Positions 9,605-21,328 of a stretch of 64,000 nucleotides of DNA are shown here, piece after piece. The position numbers were made by a program, and so were the translations under genes. The DNA comes from Verrucomicrobiota bacterium (GTDB lineage Bacteria; Verrucomicrobiota; Verrucomicrobiia; Chthoniobacterales; UBA10450), in assembly GCA_003218535.1 (NCBI GenBank), contig QHNV01000080.1, positions 9,532 to 73,531 of the forward strand, written 5' to 3'. Position 1 is the first letter of the stretch. Every line of letters starts with the position of its first letter. The notes under the pieces are model-generated. The model searched no databases. It was not told the origin of the DNA and was given only the letters and a program-made list of their open reading frames with translations.

Positions 9605-12600
9605 TTATCCGATCGCTGGCTGCGGCTCGGCTTCTTCGATTACGGCTGCACCGACCGGCTCGCCTTTCTCGACCAGTTTGATCTCCCGATGTTGGGCGAA
9701 ACCCGTGCCTGCGGGAATCAAGTGGCCCATAATCACGTTCTCCTTGAATCCACGTAGCCTATCGACTTTACCTAGTGTTGCGGCTTCCGTCAGAACTCGG
9801 GTCGTGTCTTGGAACGATGCCGCCGAAATGAAGCTGTCCGTTTCCAATGACGCCTTCGTGATGCCGAGCAACACGGGAACGGCTTCGGCCGGTTTGCCAC
9901 CTTTTTCGACGACCTTCTTGTTTTCTTCCTCGAAGCCGAGTTTGTCCACTTGATCCCCCCATAGGAGCGAAGTGTCGCCCGGGTCAGTGATTTTCACTTT
10001 GCGCAGCATTTGACGCACGATGATTTCGATGTGCTTGTCGTTGATCTCTACGCCTTGCAGGCGATAGACCTCCTGAACTTCGTTGACCAAATGCTCCTGC
10101 AATTCCTGCGGGCCGCAGACTTCCAAAATCTCGTGCGGTACGATTGGGCCTTCGGTAAGTTGCTGACCTTTTTTCACGAAATCACCTTTGAAGACGATGA
10201 TGTGCTTCGTGAGCGGAATCAGATGCTCTTCCTCGGCTCCCGTCTCCGGGTCTTTTAAAATTAAGCGGCGTTTTCCGCGGACGGTCCCGCCCATTTCCAC
10301 AATTCCATCGATCTTGGCGATCTCAGCTGCATCCTTCGGTCGGCGCGCCTCAAATAATTCAGCCACTCGCGGCAGACCGCCGGTAATGTCTTTGGTTTTC
10401 GCCACCTTCCGCGGCGTTTTCGCGAGCAACGCGCCGGCGCGCACTTTTTGGCCTTCTTCAACGACGACATGCGCGCCAGCCGGGATGGAATAGCTAGCGA
10501 GCACTTCCTTCTTGTCATCCACGATGACCACCTGCGGATGCAAATCTTCCTTATGCTCGATAATTACCGTTCCCATAAGGCCGGTTGCTTCATCGACATC
10601 GCGCTTGATGGTGACGCCCGCGATCATGTCGCGGAATTCGATCTTGCCCCCTTTATCGGTGAGAATCGGGATGTTGTACGGATCCCATTGCACAAGAACC
10701 TGACCTTCGACTTCAGGCTTGTTGGTGGTTTTGTCCCGAACGATCTTGCCATGTGCGTCTTTTTTTGGCCCCTTCACATGCGCTCCATTCGGAACCGTAA
10801 TCATCGAGCCGATGACTACGTTGTGGCGCTCGAGTTCGCGGCCTTCTGCGTTGTGCACACTGATCGAGCCGTTCTTGTTCAAAACGATCCAGCTGCCATC
10901 GAGTGCTTGCACCGTTCGCAGTTCGTTAAATCGTACCGTGCCGTCATTGTCGGCTTTGATGATCGGTTGCTTGAACGTCTGGCTGGCCGTGCCGCCGATG
11001 TGGAATGTCCGCATGGTCAACTGCGTTCCCGGTTCGCCGATGGATTGCGCCGCAATGATACCGACTGCTTCGCCAAGTTTAACGAACTGGCCCGTAGCGA
11101 GATTGCGTCCATAGCACATCGCACACACGCCTCGGCCGCACTCGCAGGTAAGAACCGAACGAATCTTCAAGCTTTCCACGCCTACCCGCTGAAGCTCCGC
11201 GGCGATCTTTTCGTCGATCAACTCATTCGCCTTTACGATCTTTTTCCTTTTGTCCACCGGGTCGGCGATCGTTTCGCAACTGACGCGACCAATGATCCGC
11301 TGCGCAAGATCGACAACTTCCTCATCGCCCTCGTAAATCGAGCGCACAACAATTCCATTCACAGTTCCACAATCTTCTGCATTGATGATCACATCCTGCG
11401 CCGCGTCCACCAGCTTGCGAGTAAGGTAACCAGAGTCCGCCGTCTTGAGTGCCGTGTCGGCAAGCCCCTTGCGCGCACCGTGCGTGGAGATGAAGTACTC
11501 GAGTACGCTAAGGCCCTCGCGGAAGTTCGACGTGATTGGGCGCTCGATGATTTCGCCGCTCGGCTTGGCCATTAAGCCGCGCATGCCAGCGAGCTGACGG
11601 ACCTGTTGCCGATTGCCGCGCGCGCCGGAATCGACCATTAAATAGACCGGATTTAATTCTCTGCGGCCCTCGTTGTGCTCGAGGGTACGGAACATCACAC
11701 TGGAAATCTCGTCGCCGGCATGAGTCCAGATGTCGATGATCTTGTTGTAACGCTCGCCGTCGGTGATGATGCCTTTGCGGTATTGCTGCTCAACCTGACG
11801 GATTTGCTTGTAGGCGTTTTCCAGCTCGGTCTGTTTCTCTTTTGGAATGATCATGTCCGAAATTCCAATCGCCAGTTGCTTGGGCCAAATCTCATTGAAA
11901 ACGACACGGCCCGCCGTGGTCTCGATAGTTTTGGCCTGGGCGTCTCCATAAATCGTTTGCAGGCCAAAATCAGGATTCTTAAACCGGATGCGATCATGCG
12001 TGCGAATGGTTCCTTCCGTCATGGCAAATTCCACCTCAGCCGCATCGGTAAAGAGTGGAAGGCGCCCGTCGCCGTCGCCTCCGGCAGCGCGCCGTGGATT
12101 CTGGGTCAGATAGTAGCAGCCAAGGGTGATGTCTTGCGATGGCGTGGTGATCGGCTTGCCACTCGACGGTGAGAAAATATTGTTCGGCGCGAGCATGAGC
12201 ATACGTGCCTCCAATTGCGCTTCCACCGAGAGTGGCACGTGTACCGCCATCTGGTCGCCATCGAAGTCTGCGTTGTAAGCCGTGCAGACAAGCGGATGAA
12301 TGCGAATGGCTTCGCCTTCGATTAGTAATGGCTCGAATGCTTGGATCGACAAGCGATGCAAGGTCGGTGCGCGATTAAGAAGCACCGGATGGCCCTTTGT
12401 CACTTCCTCCAGAATATCCCAAACCTCCGGCGTCTGCCGCTCAATCATTTTCTTCGCGCTGCGCACGGTATGGACGTAGCCGAGGTCTTTGAGCCGACGA
12501 ATAATGAAAGGTTCGAAAAGAACCAGCGCCATTTTCTTTGGCAAACCGCACTGGTGAAGTTTCAACTCCGGGCCGATGACGATGACCGACCGACCAGAGT

Positions 12601-13648
12601 AGTCGACGCGCTTGCCGAGCAAATTTTGGCGGAAACGTCCGCCCTTGCCCTTGAGCATGTCGCTTAGCGATTTGAGCGGTCGATTGCCTGCGCCGGTGAC
12701 CGCGCGACCATGCCGACCATTGTCAAACAAAGCGTCCACCGCTTCCTGCAACATTCTTTTTTCGTTGCGAATGATGACGTCCGGCGTCTTGAGCATGAGC
12801 AGATTTTTGAGCCGGTTGTTGCGATTAATCACCCGGCGATAAAGATCGTTTAGGTCAGAGGTCGCAAAGCGGCCACCTTCGAGGGGAACCAACGGTCGCA
12901 AATCCGGTGGGATAACTGGCAACACATCGAGAATCATCCACTCCGGACGCGCGTGCGAATGCTGGAAACCTTGAACGAGCTTGAGCCGTTTTGCGAGTTT
13001 CTTACGAATCTGTTTGCTCTTAGTCGCGCTCATCGCTTTCTCGAGCTCTTTGTTGAGTTTGTTGAGATCGATTTCGGCGAGAAGTTTCTTGATCGCTTCC
13101 GCGCCCATGCCCGCGACGAAATCTTCGCCATACTGCTCTTGCGCTTCACGATACTCCACTTCGTTCAGCAATTGTGCTTTCTGCAACGGCGTCTTGCCCG
13201 GATCGATCACAATGTAGTCCTCGTAGTAGATCACGCGTTCGAGTTGACGCGCGGTCATATCGAGCATCAGCCCAATGCGTGACGGCATGCATTTGTAAAA
13301 CCAAATGTGCGAAACCGGCACCGCCAATTCGATGTGGCCCATTCGTTCCCGTCGGACGCGGGCAAGCGTGACTTCCACACCGCACCGGTCGCAGATCACG
13401 CCTTTATGCTTGATACGCTTGTATTTTCCGCATGAGCATTCCCAATCGCGCGTCGGCCCGAAAATTCGCTCGCAGAAAAGACCGCCTTTCTCCGGTTTAA
13501 ACGTGCGGTAATTGATGGTTTCAGGATTTTTGACCTCCCCTTTGCTCCAGGAACGCATTGTGTCGCTCGATGCGACGCCAATCGCAACTTGATCAAAACC
13601 TACGGGCCGCTCTTCGCCCACTAATTCACGCCAGGAATGTTCGTTCAT
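9605..13648 (-). CDS. rpoC: DNA-directed RNA polymerase subunit beta' (appears to lack ~50 conserved residues, see findings)
   Basis: 1347 aa with Zn-binding CSCGKY..C..C, catalytic [12 protein letters not shown] and the trigger-loop/bridge regions. Stop is TAA at 9607..9605. Confidence 0.95.
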   Translation of the reverse strand: MNEHSWRELVGEERPVGFDQVAIGVASSDTMRSWSKGEVKNPETINYRTFKPEKGGLFCERIFGPTRDWECSCGKYKRIKHKGVICDRCGVEVTLARVRRERMGHIELAVPVSHIWFYKCMPSRIGLMLDMTARQLERVIYYEDYIVIDPGKTPLQKAQLLNEVEYREAQEQYGEDFVAGMGAEAIKKLLAEIDLNKLNKELEKAMSATKSKQIRKKLAKRLKLVQGFQHSHARPEWMILDVLPVIPPDLRPLVPLEGGRFATSDLNDLYRRVINRNNRLKNLLMLKTPDVIIRNEKRMLQEAVDALFDNGRHGRAVTGAGNRPLKSLSDMLKGKGGRFRQNLLGKRVDYSGRSVIVIGPELKLHQCGLPKKMALVLFEPFIIRRLKDLGYVHTVRSAKKMIERQTPEVWDILEEVTKGHPVLLNRAPTLHRLSIQAFEPLLIEGEAIRIHPLVCTAYNADFDGDQMAVHVPLSVEAQLEARMLMLAPNNIFSPSSGKPITTPSQDITLGCYYLTQNPRRAAGGDGDGRLPLFTDAAEVEFAMTEGTIRTHDRIRFKNPDFGLQTIYGDAQAKTIETTAGRVVFNEIWPKQLAIGISDMIIPKEKQTELENAYKQIRQVEQQYRKGIITDGERYNKIIDIWTHAGDEISSVMFRTLEHNEGRRELNPVYLMVDSGARGNRQQVRQLAGMRGLMAKPSGEIIERPITSNFREGLSVLEYFISTHGARKGLADTALKTADSGYLTRKLVDAAQDVIINAEDCGTVNGIVVRSIYEGDEEVVDLAQRIIGRVSCETIADPVDKRKKIVKANELIDEKIAAELQRVGVESLKIRSVLTCECGRGVCAMCYGRNLATGQFVKLGEAVGIIAAQSIGEPGTQLTMRTFHIGGTASQTFKQPIIKADNDGTVRFNELRTVQALDGSWIVLNKNGSISVHNAEGRELERHNVVIGSMITVPNGAHVKGPKKDAHGKIVRDKTTNKPEVEGQVLVQWDPYNIPILTDKGGKIEFRDMIAGVTIKRDVDEATGLMGTVIIEHKEDLHPQVVIVDDKKEVLASYSIPAGAHVVVEEGQKVRAGALLAKTPRKVAKTKDITGGLPRVAELFEARRPKDAAEIAKIDGIVEMGGTVRGKRRLILKDPETGAEEEHLIPLTKHIIVFKGDFVKKGQQLTEGPIVPHEILEVCGPQELQEHLVNEVQEVYRLQGVEINDKHIEIIVRQMLRKVKITDPGDTSLLWGDQVDKLGFEEENKKVVEKGGKPAEAVPVLLGITKASLETDSFISAASFQDTTRVLTEAATLGKVDRLRGFKENVIMGHLIPAGTGFAQHREIKLVEKGEPVGAAVIEEAEPQPAIG

Positions 13649-13679
13649 GATTACTTTCGCTAATAGTCGATCTTAAAAA

Positions 13680-16600
13680 TTATGTAACGCTCTCCAGAAA
13701 GCCGGTCGGAGCCCGGCCGCCGACCTTTACGTCGAGACCAAGGCTTTGCATTTCCTTAATGAGCACGTTGAAAGATTCCGGCGTGCCAGCCTCCAGCGAG
13801 TTGTCACCTTTGACAATGGATTCATAAATGCGGGTGCGCCCCTGCACATCATCGGATTTGACCGTGAGCAGCTCCTGCAAGGTGTAGGCCGCCCCGTAAG
13901 CTTCCAACGCCCAAACTTCCATTTCGCCAAAGCGCTGTCCGCCATATTGCGCCTTGCCGCCCAGCGGTTGCTGAGTCACAAGCGAGTATGGCCCCACGGC
14001 ACGGGCGTGAATCTTATCTGCCACCAAATGGCCTAGTTTCATCATGTAGATATGGCCAACCACCACTTCCTGGTCGAAAGGGTCGCCTGTACGCCCATCA
14101 AAGAGCCGCGCCTTGCCGGTTTCCTGCACCCAAGTAAATCCTTCCTTCTTCCTGGCATCCCGCAGATATTCGCGGATCTGTTTCTCTGCGATCCCATCAA
14201 ACACCGGAGAAGCAACCTTGAAACCGAGCGCCTTGGCAGCAACCCCGAGGTGAGTTTCCAGCACTTGGCCTACATTCATCCGGCTCGGCACGCCCAGTGG
14301 ATTCAAGACAATGTCAACCGGCGTTCCATCCGCAAGAAACGGCATGTCTTCTTCGGGAACGATACGGGCAACCACGCCTTTGTTCCCGTGGCGACCGGCC
14401 ATCTTATCGCCAACGCTGAGTTTGCGCTTGCTCGCGATATAAACTTTGACTTGTTTGATGATGCCCGGATCGATGTCGTCGCCGCTCTCAACCCGGTCCA
14501 TAGAGCGTTCGCGTTCGAGATCCAGTTCTGTGAATTTGTGCGCGTAGGAGCCAACGATCTCGCGGATTTTGTTACGAATCGGACTCGGATCGATCTCGAT
14601 GTGATCGTGAGCCATCGCCAACTTGCGCAGGAGCGTTTTCGTGATTTTGCGATTCGCAGGGATAATGATTTCGCCATTCTCCGCGTTAACCACGTCAAGG
14701 GGGACCTTTTCGCCCAATAAAATATTTGAAAGCGCATCGGTCAGCTGCTCCGTCAAGTCCTCCTTCTTGCGTTTGTATTCCTCATTGATCGTCTTCAGCT
14801 GCCGTTTTGTTTCCGCTGGCGTTAATTTTTCGCGAGAGACCTCCCGGCGAGAAGAAATTTTGACATCCATCACAATCCCGTACGTGCCCGAAGGAACGGT
14901 GAGCGACGTGTCTTTGACGTCCGCGGCCTTCTCACCAAAAATCGCCCGCAGTAAGCGCTCTTCCGGGGCCAATTCTGTTTCGCTCTTTGGGGTAATCTTG
15001 CCAACGAGGATGTCGCCCGGCTTTACTTCCGCGCCGACCCTGATTACGCCGTCTGGGCCCAAATTACGCAGAGCTTCCTCGCTGACATTTGGGATATCGC
15101 GTGTGATTTCCTCCGGACCGAGCTTCGTGTCGCGCGCGCCGATCTCGAATTCATCGATGTGGATGGAAGTGTAAATGTCTTCCTTCACGACCTTCTCCGA
15201 GATCATGATGGCGTCTTCGAAATTGTAACCATTCCACGGCATAAACGCGACGAGCACATTGCGGCCGAGGGCGAGCTCGCCATGATCAGTATTGGGACCG
15301 TCGGCAATGACCTGACCGCGTTTCACGTGCTGCCCTTTTCGGACGATCGGTTTCTGATTCACGCAGGTTCCAGCGTTCGAGCGCATGAATTTGCGCAACT
15401 CGTAAACATGAATCCCAGCTTCCGGATCTGTTTTGAGCTTCCTTTTGCCCTCCGGTAAATCGCCGTCTTTCGTGACGACAATTTGATCTGCCGTAACCGA
15501 CGCAACCTTGCCGACGTCAGCTGCCAAAACAACGGCATGGGAATCTCGCGCTACTTTTTCCTCCAGCCCGGTTCCCACCAGTGGCGCCTCTGAAACGATC
15601 AGCGGCACCCCTTGGCGTTGCATGTTGGAACCCATCAGCGCGCGGTTCGCATCGTCATGTTCCAGAAATGGGATGAGGCCCGCCGCCACCGACACAAGCT
15701 GTTTTGGCGACACGTCCATGTAATGCACCTTCGAAGGATCGACTTCGAGGAAATCGCCTCTATAGCGCACCGAAACTTTTTCCCCCGTGAAATGACCGCG
15801 TCCATCGATCGGAGCATTCGCCTGCGCGACAAGGAAGTTTTCCTCCCGGTCTGCGGTGAGATATTCAATTTGGTCCGTGACCCGGCCATTCACGACCTTG
15901 CGATAAGGGGTTTCGATAAAGCCGAATTCATTGATACGCGCGAACGTGCTCATGGAACTGATCAGGCCGATGTTTGGACCTTCCGGCGTTTCGATCGGAC
16001 AAATACGACCGTAGTGCGATGGATGAACGTCACGCACCTCGAATCCGGCGCGCTCACGGCTTAGGCCCCCAGGCCCAAGAGCCGATAGACGGCGTTTGTG
16101 AGTCAGTTCCGCCAGGGGATTAGTTTGATCCATGAACTGCGAAAGCTGCGAGCGGCCAAAAAAATCTCGGATAACCGCGCTGAGCGCTTTGGGATTGATC
16201 AGCTTCTGCGGCGTCATTCCGTCCACATTAATGTCGAACAGCGTCATACGCTCTTTGACCAAACGTTCCGTGCGGGCAAGCCCAATTCGGCATTGGTTCG
16301 CCAGTAACTCGCCTACCGTGCGCACCCGCCGGCTGCCCAGATGATCGATGTCATCGAGCGTCCCTTCGCCGCGCCGCAAATTGATTAGATACTTAATTGC
16401 CGCGATAAAATCTTTGTCCGTGAGAATCCGCTCGCCAGCGTCGATATTGATCGCAAGTTTCTGGTTGATCTTGTAGCGGCCGACGCGCCCAAGGTCGTAT
16501 TTCTTAGGATCGAAAAAGAGCCTCTTGAGCAAAGCCCGGGCATTCGCCACCGTCGGCGGATCGCCGGGGCGGAGACGCCGATAAATATCCTTCAGCGCTT

Positions 16601-17477
16601 CTTCCTGATCGTGCGCCGGATCTTTTCGTAGCGCTTTCACGATGGTGTCATCGTTCGAGATGTCGATCACTTTTACCTCGTGAATCTTCAGCGCCATGAT
16701 CTGGCGGATGGTTGCCAGGGTGAGCGGCTCATAGGCGCGAGCCACCGTTACTTCACCGTCGCGGATCTCCGCCGTGAGCACTTTGTTGGCCAGCATTTCT
16801 TCATCAAGCTTGTCGTTCAACTTCAGCGTCTCGATACTGTAAAAAAGCTTGATGATCTCTTCGTCGGACCCGTAGCCAAGCGCGCGCAGAAATGTGGTGG
16901 CAAGAAATTTGCGGCGGCGTTTGCGTCGATCGAGATAGATGTACAACAGATCGGCTGTATCGAATTGCACCTCAATCCAGGAACCGCGGTCCGGGATGAT
17001 GCGAAAGCTGTAAAGCACCTTACCGTTGAGGTGGACAGTTGATTCGAAAGCGATTCCCGGTGAGCGGTGCAACTGGCTCACTACGACGCGCTCAGCGCCG
17101 TTAATCACAAAAGTGCCTTGTGGCGTCATGAGCGGGATTTCGCCCATGTAAACTTTCTCTTCCTTCGTCCCCTTTTCTTCGCGCAACTGGAACGTGACAT
17201 GCAACGGCGCGCTGTACGTTTGGCCTTCGCGCTGCGCTTCTAGCGCGGTCAATTTCGGTTCGCCGATTTCGTAATGGCTAAAATCGAGCACGGCTTTTTC
17301 ATCGTAGCTCTCGATCGGAAAAACCTCCTTAAAGACCGCTTGCAGCCCTTGGGTTTTGCGTTTCGAAAATGAAACGTTTTTCTGCAAAAAATCGGCGTAT
17401 GAATTGAGTTGAACCTCAATCAGATTGGGCGGTTCGATGCTCTCCTTAATGTTACCGAAGTAAATGCGTTCCGACAT
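13680..17477 (-). CDS. rpoB: DNA-directed RNA polymerase subunit beta
   Basis: [60 protein letters not shown] at 17477 is preceded by GGGA. An alternative GTG lies at 17492. Confidence 0.96.
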   Translation of the reverse strand: MSERIYFGNIKESIEPPNLIEVQLNSYADFLQKNVSFSKRKTQGLQAVFKEVFPIESYDEKAVLDFSHYEIGEPKLTALEAQREGQTYSAPLHVTFQLREEKGTKEEKVYMGEIPLMTPQGTFVINGAERVVVSQLHRSPGIAFESTVHLNGKVLYSFRIIPDRGSWIEVQFDTADLLYIYLDRRKRRRKFLATTFLRALGYGSDEEIIKLFYSIETLKLNDKLDEEMLANKVLTAEIRDGEVTVARAYEPLTLATIRQIMALKIHEVKVIDISNDDTIVKALRKDPAHDQEEALKDIYRRLRPGDPPTVANARALLKRLFFDPKKYDLGRVGRYKINQKLAINIDAGERILTDKDFIAAIKYLINLRRGEGTLDDIDHLGSRRVRTVGELLANQCRIGLARTERLVKERMTLFDINVDGMTPQKLINPKALSAVIRDFFGRSQLSQFMDQTNPLAELTHKRRLSALGPGGLSRERAGFEVRDVHPSHYGRICPIETPEGPNIGLISSMSTFARINEFGFIETPYRKVVNGRVTDQIEYLTADREENFLVAQANAPIDGRGHFTGEKVSVRYRGDFLEVDPSKVHYMDVSPKQLVSVAAGLIPFLEHDDANRALMGSNMQRQGVPLIVSEAPLVGTGLEEKVARDSHAVVLAADVGKVASVTADQIVVTKDGDLPEGKRKLKTDPEAGIHVYELRKFMRSNAGTCVNQKPIVRKGQHVKRGQVIADGPNTDHGELALGRNVLVAFMPWNGYNFEDAIMISEKVVKEDIYTSIHIDEFEIGARDTKLGPEEITRDIPNVSEEALRNLGPDGVIRVGAEVKPGDILVGKITPKSETELAPEERLLRAIFGEKAADVKDTSLTVPSGTYGIVMDVKISSRREVSREKLTPAETKRQLKTINEEYKRKKEDLTEQLTDALSNILLGEKVPLDVVNAENGEIIIPANRKITKTLLRKLAMAHDHIEIDPSPIRNKIREIVGSYAHKFTELDLERERSMDRVESGDDIDPGIIKQVKVYIASKRKLSVGDKMAGRHGNKGVVARIVPEEDMPFLADGTPVDIVLNPLGVPSRMNVGQVLETHLGVAAKALGFKVASPVFDGIAEKQIREYLRDARKKEGFTWVQETGKARLFDGRTGDPFDQEVVVGHIYMMKLGHLVADKIHARAVGPYSLVTQQPLGGKAQYGGQRFGEMEVWALEAYGAAYTLQELLTVKSDDVQGRTRIYESIVKGDNSLEAGTPESFNVLIKEMQSLGLDVKVGGRAPTGFLESVT

Positions 17478-17853
17478 AATTCCCAAAGCCACGAGTTTTT
17501 AACCCTTGTCGCAACGCCAGCAAATCACGGCTGGCGCTGGCAAGCTTTTACCGGATCAACGACGAAAGAGGGGCACAGAAATAACACCAAAACAGGGGCC
17601 TGTCGAATAGATAACCTCTGTTTTGCTGCCAATTCTGTATTCTGCCGTCGAGTGCCGAGTTAAAAATAAACTTCACCTGCTCCGCACGAGAGTGAGTTTA
17701 ATCCAAAACGACTGTAGCGCAAGTCTAAAAATAGCAGCACGACTTTCGATTTAACGGCACTATCGATTCGAGAAGTATGAACTAGCATACGCCTCCTTAA
17801 AACGAACCGCAGCTATCAAAATTGAGCAGCGCTGCCCATGAATCAGCCGCGCT

Positions 17854-18249
17854 TCACTTAATTTCCACTTTTGCGCCGGCGGCCTCGATTTTTTTCTTGA
17901 TCTCCTCGGCCTCCTGCTTCGTCACGCCCTCTTTGATTGTCTTGGGTGCGCCTTCAACCAGCGCTTTGGCTTCCGCCAGACCCAAACCTGGCACAGCGCC
18001 GCGAACTTCCTTGATCACTCCAATCTTGTTCGCGCCCATTTCTTTCAGGATTACGTCAAACGTTGTCTTCTCTTCCGCCGCCGGAGCTGCGGTTCCCCCA
18101 GGTCCGCCCGCTACCGCAGGGCCAGCCGCCAGAGCCACCGGAGCGGCGGCGCTCACGCCCCATTTTTCTTCGAGTTGTTTTACTAATCCAGCAATCTCGA
18201 GCACTGACAAGCTGCTGAGTTGCTCCACTAATTTATCTGTATCTGCCAT
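17854..18249 (-). CDS. rplL: 50S ribosomal protein L7/L12
   Basis: ATG at 18249 with a GGAGGA Shine-Dalgarno upstream. [32 protein letters not shown]...[19 protein letters not shown]. Confidence 0.95.
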   Translation of the reverse strand: MADTDKLVEQLSSLSVLEIAGLVKQLEEKWGVSAAAPVALAAGPAVAGGPGGTAAPAAEEKTTFDVILKEMGANKIGVIKEVRGAVPGLGLAEAKALVEGAPKTIKEGVTKQEAEEIKKKIEAAGAKVEIK

Positions 18250-18363
18250 TTTATTTCCTCCAATTGCCGCCTCCGAAAGCCTTCGAAGGATTAAGCTCGA
18301 CAGCCGCCGATCCGGACAGTTTCGTTTGGTTAATCGCACCGTCAAAAGGCGGCGCGAAATCTT

Positions 18364-18897
18364 CTATGCGCTCGCCTCCTCTGGTTTTCCTTCCTTTTGA
18401 GCTCTTGCATTCAGCAACCGGGCCAATGCTGCACCGGGCTCGTTCAACAAACGGACTAACTTCGTGGCTGGCGACAAAAGTAATCCAAGTAATTACGCCT
18501 GCAAAACCTCCCATGCCGGCAGTTCCGCCAACATTTCCAATTCGTCCGTGGAAAGAACAGTCCGATCGACAAAACCGATCTTTAGTGCGGCAATTTTAAA
18601 CTCAGTTGCGAAAGTCTTAAAAATCTTAGCGACGGGAGCGACGTCTTTCTCGCCAGTGACAACAGCTGTTTGGCCTACCAGCTTTTCGCTTACTTCTGGG
18701 AAGCCGCAATCGCTCATGGCGCGCCTCAGAAAATTATTTTTCACCACGTGCACTTGCGCGCCCACTGGGGCAAGCCTGTTGCGCAATTCACCAAAATCGC
18801 CGACCTTCATGTGTTCGTAATCGGTCACCAGCACAAAAGGGGAGCGCTTCAATTTCTCGGACAAATCCGAAACGATGCTGGCTTTTTCTGGTCGCAT
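18364..18897 (-). CDS. rplJ: 50S ribosomal protein L10, interrupted by an in-frame TAA at 18495..18493
   Basis: The ORF 18493..18897 is the L10 N-terminal and middle part. The same frame after the TAA reads LLGLLLSPATKLVRLLNEPGAALARLLNARAQKEGKPEEASA up to TAG at 18366..18364, an L10-like C-terminal helix. Confidence 0.85.
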
Positions 18898-18923
18898 ATT
18901 GTCGAACCTAGTTATTGTCCATC

Positions 18924-19628
18924 TTACGTACCGCTCAAATACGGCGCTGGATCGACGTGGATACCCGGCGACATCGTCGCACTAATTGTGAGTCCTTCAA
19001 GGTAGCGTCCCTTGGCCGTCGCCGGACGGGCCCGTACAACAGCCTCAATCACTGCGTTCCCATTTTCCACGAGCGCTTTTTCTTCAAACGAAAATTTGCC
19101 GACCGCTACCGCGACATTGCCGTTCTTGTCCAGTTTGAATTCTACGCGACCAGCCTTCACTTCCCGCACTGCGTTCGCCACGTCTTCGGTCACCGTTCCT
19201 GCCTTTGGATTTGGCATTAGCCCATGCGGTCCGAGAACTTTTCCGAGCTTTCGGACTTCGCCCATTGCCCCCGGGGTCGCTATCGCAACATCGAAATCCT
19301 GAAAACCTTCCTGGCACTTCTGAATCACGTCTTTCATCCCGACATAATCTGCACCCGCATTGCGCGCTGCTTGCGCAGCTGCGCCCTCGGCGAAAACAAG
19401 CACGCGCACCTGTTTTCCACTGCCATGGGGCAGTGGGCAGGTCCCGCGCACCATTTGATCAGATTGCTTCGGGTCGACTCCAAGCCGGAAAGAAAGCGTC
19501 ACCGTCTGATCGAATTTCGTCGGTGAAAACTTTTTTAGCGTTGCGACCGCATCGGCCAAACGATAAGGCTTTGTTCGGTCCAATTGTTGCGTCGCTACAC
19601 GATAGCGTTTGCTTCGATTTCTTTGCAT
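18924..19628 (-). CDS. rplA: 50S ribosomal protein L1
   Basis: 234 aa, ...FDQTVTLSFRLGVDPKQSDQMVRGTCPLPHGSGK.... Confidence 0.95.
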   Translation of the reverse strand: MQRNRSKRYRVATQQLDRTKPYRLADAVATLKKFSPTKFDQTVTLSFRLGVDPKQSDQMVRGTCPLPHGSGKQVRVLVFAEGAAAQAARNAGADYVGMKDVIQKCQEGFQDFDVAIATPGAMGEVRKLGKVLGPHGLMPNPKAGTVTEDVANAVREVKAGRVEFKLDKNGNVAVAVGKFSFEEKALVENGNAVIEAVVRARPATAKGRYLEGLTISATMSPGIHVDPAPYLSGT

Positions 19629-19772
19629 TTTCTGTGCAGTTCAAATGCTCGCTCACTGACTATGGCAAGAAGGCTCCGGCCTGAAAGTAGCCTCGCTCAA
19701 GATTCAGCAGCGGGACGAGGAACCTAGCGACTATCTCTGTCCTGTCAAAGCCTGCACCAACACGTCGGAACG

Positions 19773-21037
19773 TCAATCGACCGGAGCTGCGACATCTGGC
19801 GACGGCGTCGATTCAGTAACCTTTTGCGCCGCGGGCTGGCCTTGCCGGACGATTTTGCCTTCCTTCATCACAAACGACACGTGCTCGCTTGCTGTAATGT
19901 CCGAAGTCGGATCGCCCGGCATCGCGATGACATCCGCCAGTTTTCCTTTTTCCAGCGTCCCGACTTTTTGAGCGATGCCGAGAAGCTCGGCGTCGTTTGC
20001 TGTCGCTGATTTTAATGCATCGATCGATGTCATACCAAGATCGACCATCAGCTTGAATTCTTTTGCGTTTTGCCCATGTGGATAGACTGCGGCGTCCGTC
20101 CCAAAAGAAATCTTAACGCCCATCTTCACCGCGTTGCGGAACATTTCCGAGCGCGCAGCTGTTGCTGCTTTTGCTTTTAGCTGCAACACTTGTGGATAAT
20201 CGTCGATTTTGCTCATAATCCATTCTGAGGCCATCAGCGTGGGTGTAAGAAAAGTTCCCCTCTTCTTCATCATCGTCACCGTTTCCGCTTTCATAAACGA
20301 ACCGTGCTCAATCGAATCAACCCCAGCCTCGATTGCCTCACGCGCGGCCTGATCGCCATGGCAGTGCACAGCGACTTTCTTTCGCAACCGATGCGACTCA
20401 TCGACCAGGGCTGCCATTTCTGCCGGTGTTAATTGGGGCGTATCCACCTCATCAGCGAGTGAAAGCACGCCGCCGGAAACCGCGGCCTTAATCTGGTCGG
20501 ATCAAAGTGACCACCAGTGCCGCCGATTCCCTTCGTCGCAACCAGCATTCGCGGCCCCACGATAATCCCTTTGTTGATGGAATTCCGAAGCGCAACATCG
20601 ACAAATTCGTGGCTAGCGACGAACCGGCTACCTAAATCGCGCACGGTTGTAAACCCGGCTTCGACAGTCGCGCGGGCAAAGGCCGTCGCGCGGATCGCCT
20701 GCTCGGAAACATTAAGATCGAGCTGTTGCAGTCGCCGCTCGTTGTAATTGCCGGAGAAATCCGCCGTCAAATGTGTGTGCGCATCCATGAAACCAGGCGA
20801 AAGCGTAGCCTCGCCGAGGTCGATCACCTCTACGCCGCTCGGGATCTGCAAATTGCTTCCCGCATCGACAATCTTATTGCCCTGCACGATAACGACGCCG
20901 TTTTGGATGAGAGCGTTCGATTTGCCATCAAACATTCGCGCCGCTTTTAGCGCAATGGTCTGATCGGCAGCGCGAATGCTGCAACAGAAAATCGACAGAA
21001 GGAAACCAGCAACCATGTAACGAAAAAAGATTCGCAT
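19773..21037 (-). pseudogene. secreted metal-dependent amidohydrolase (COG1228-like), disrupted by internal deletion/frameshift
   Basis: Two overlapping ORFs. The N-part has a signal peptide and GFMDAHTHL metal motif and is family-like up to ...GGTGGHFD. The C-part resumes in another frame at (S)DQIKAAVSGGVLS...VAVHCHGD...IEHG...GTDA. Confidence 0.75.
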
Positions 21038-21328
21038 GCTGCCGGTTTAGAAAGAATCAGCCGCTACGGCAAGTAAGAACGTCCTTGTTTGGATTGGACC
21101 ACTCAGGTTGAATCACAGCGAATGAAAGTCCCGTTGCTTTCACTGGCACTTGCTGTCGCGACGTTTCCTCAACTCGATTTTTTGGCAACAGAACGGTGGG
21201 ACGAAAATCTGAACCGCATTCGTTATGCGCGCGAGAAATCCGCCGCGCTCTGTTACGGCATGTCGATGTATCGGCCCGGCCTGAATCCAGCCGCCATTAC
21301 GATGCGGAGAGCCGCGGATTAAAAGTCT

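Noticed and set aside
10448-11575. 375-aa ORF on the + strand (with similar ones at 14052..14720, 14623..15174 and 12953..13282) inside the rpoC/rpoB region
   Set aside because: These are antisense shadow ORFs within very strongly supported rpoC/rpoB coding sequence. Their composition is low-complexity and Arg/His-rich, with no recognisable motifs.
18493-18495. Idea that TAA is reassigned as a sense codon in this organism
   Set aside because: TAA cleanly terminates rpoC (9607..9605) and the GT4 gene (4466..4464) at the expected protein ends. A code change therefore does not explain the rplJ interruption.
21089-21322. 77-aa + strand ORF in the amidohydrolase/DUF885 intergenic region
   Set aside because: It has no recognisable motif or RBS and lies in a divergent promoter region. 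It is treated as non-coding.
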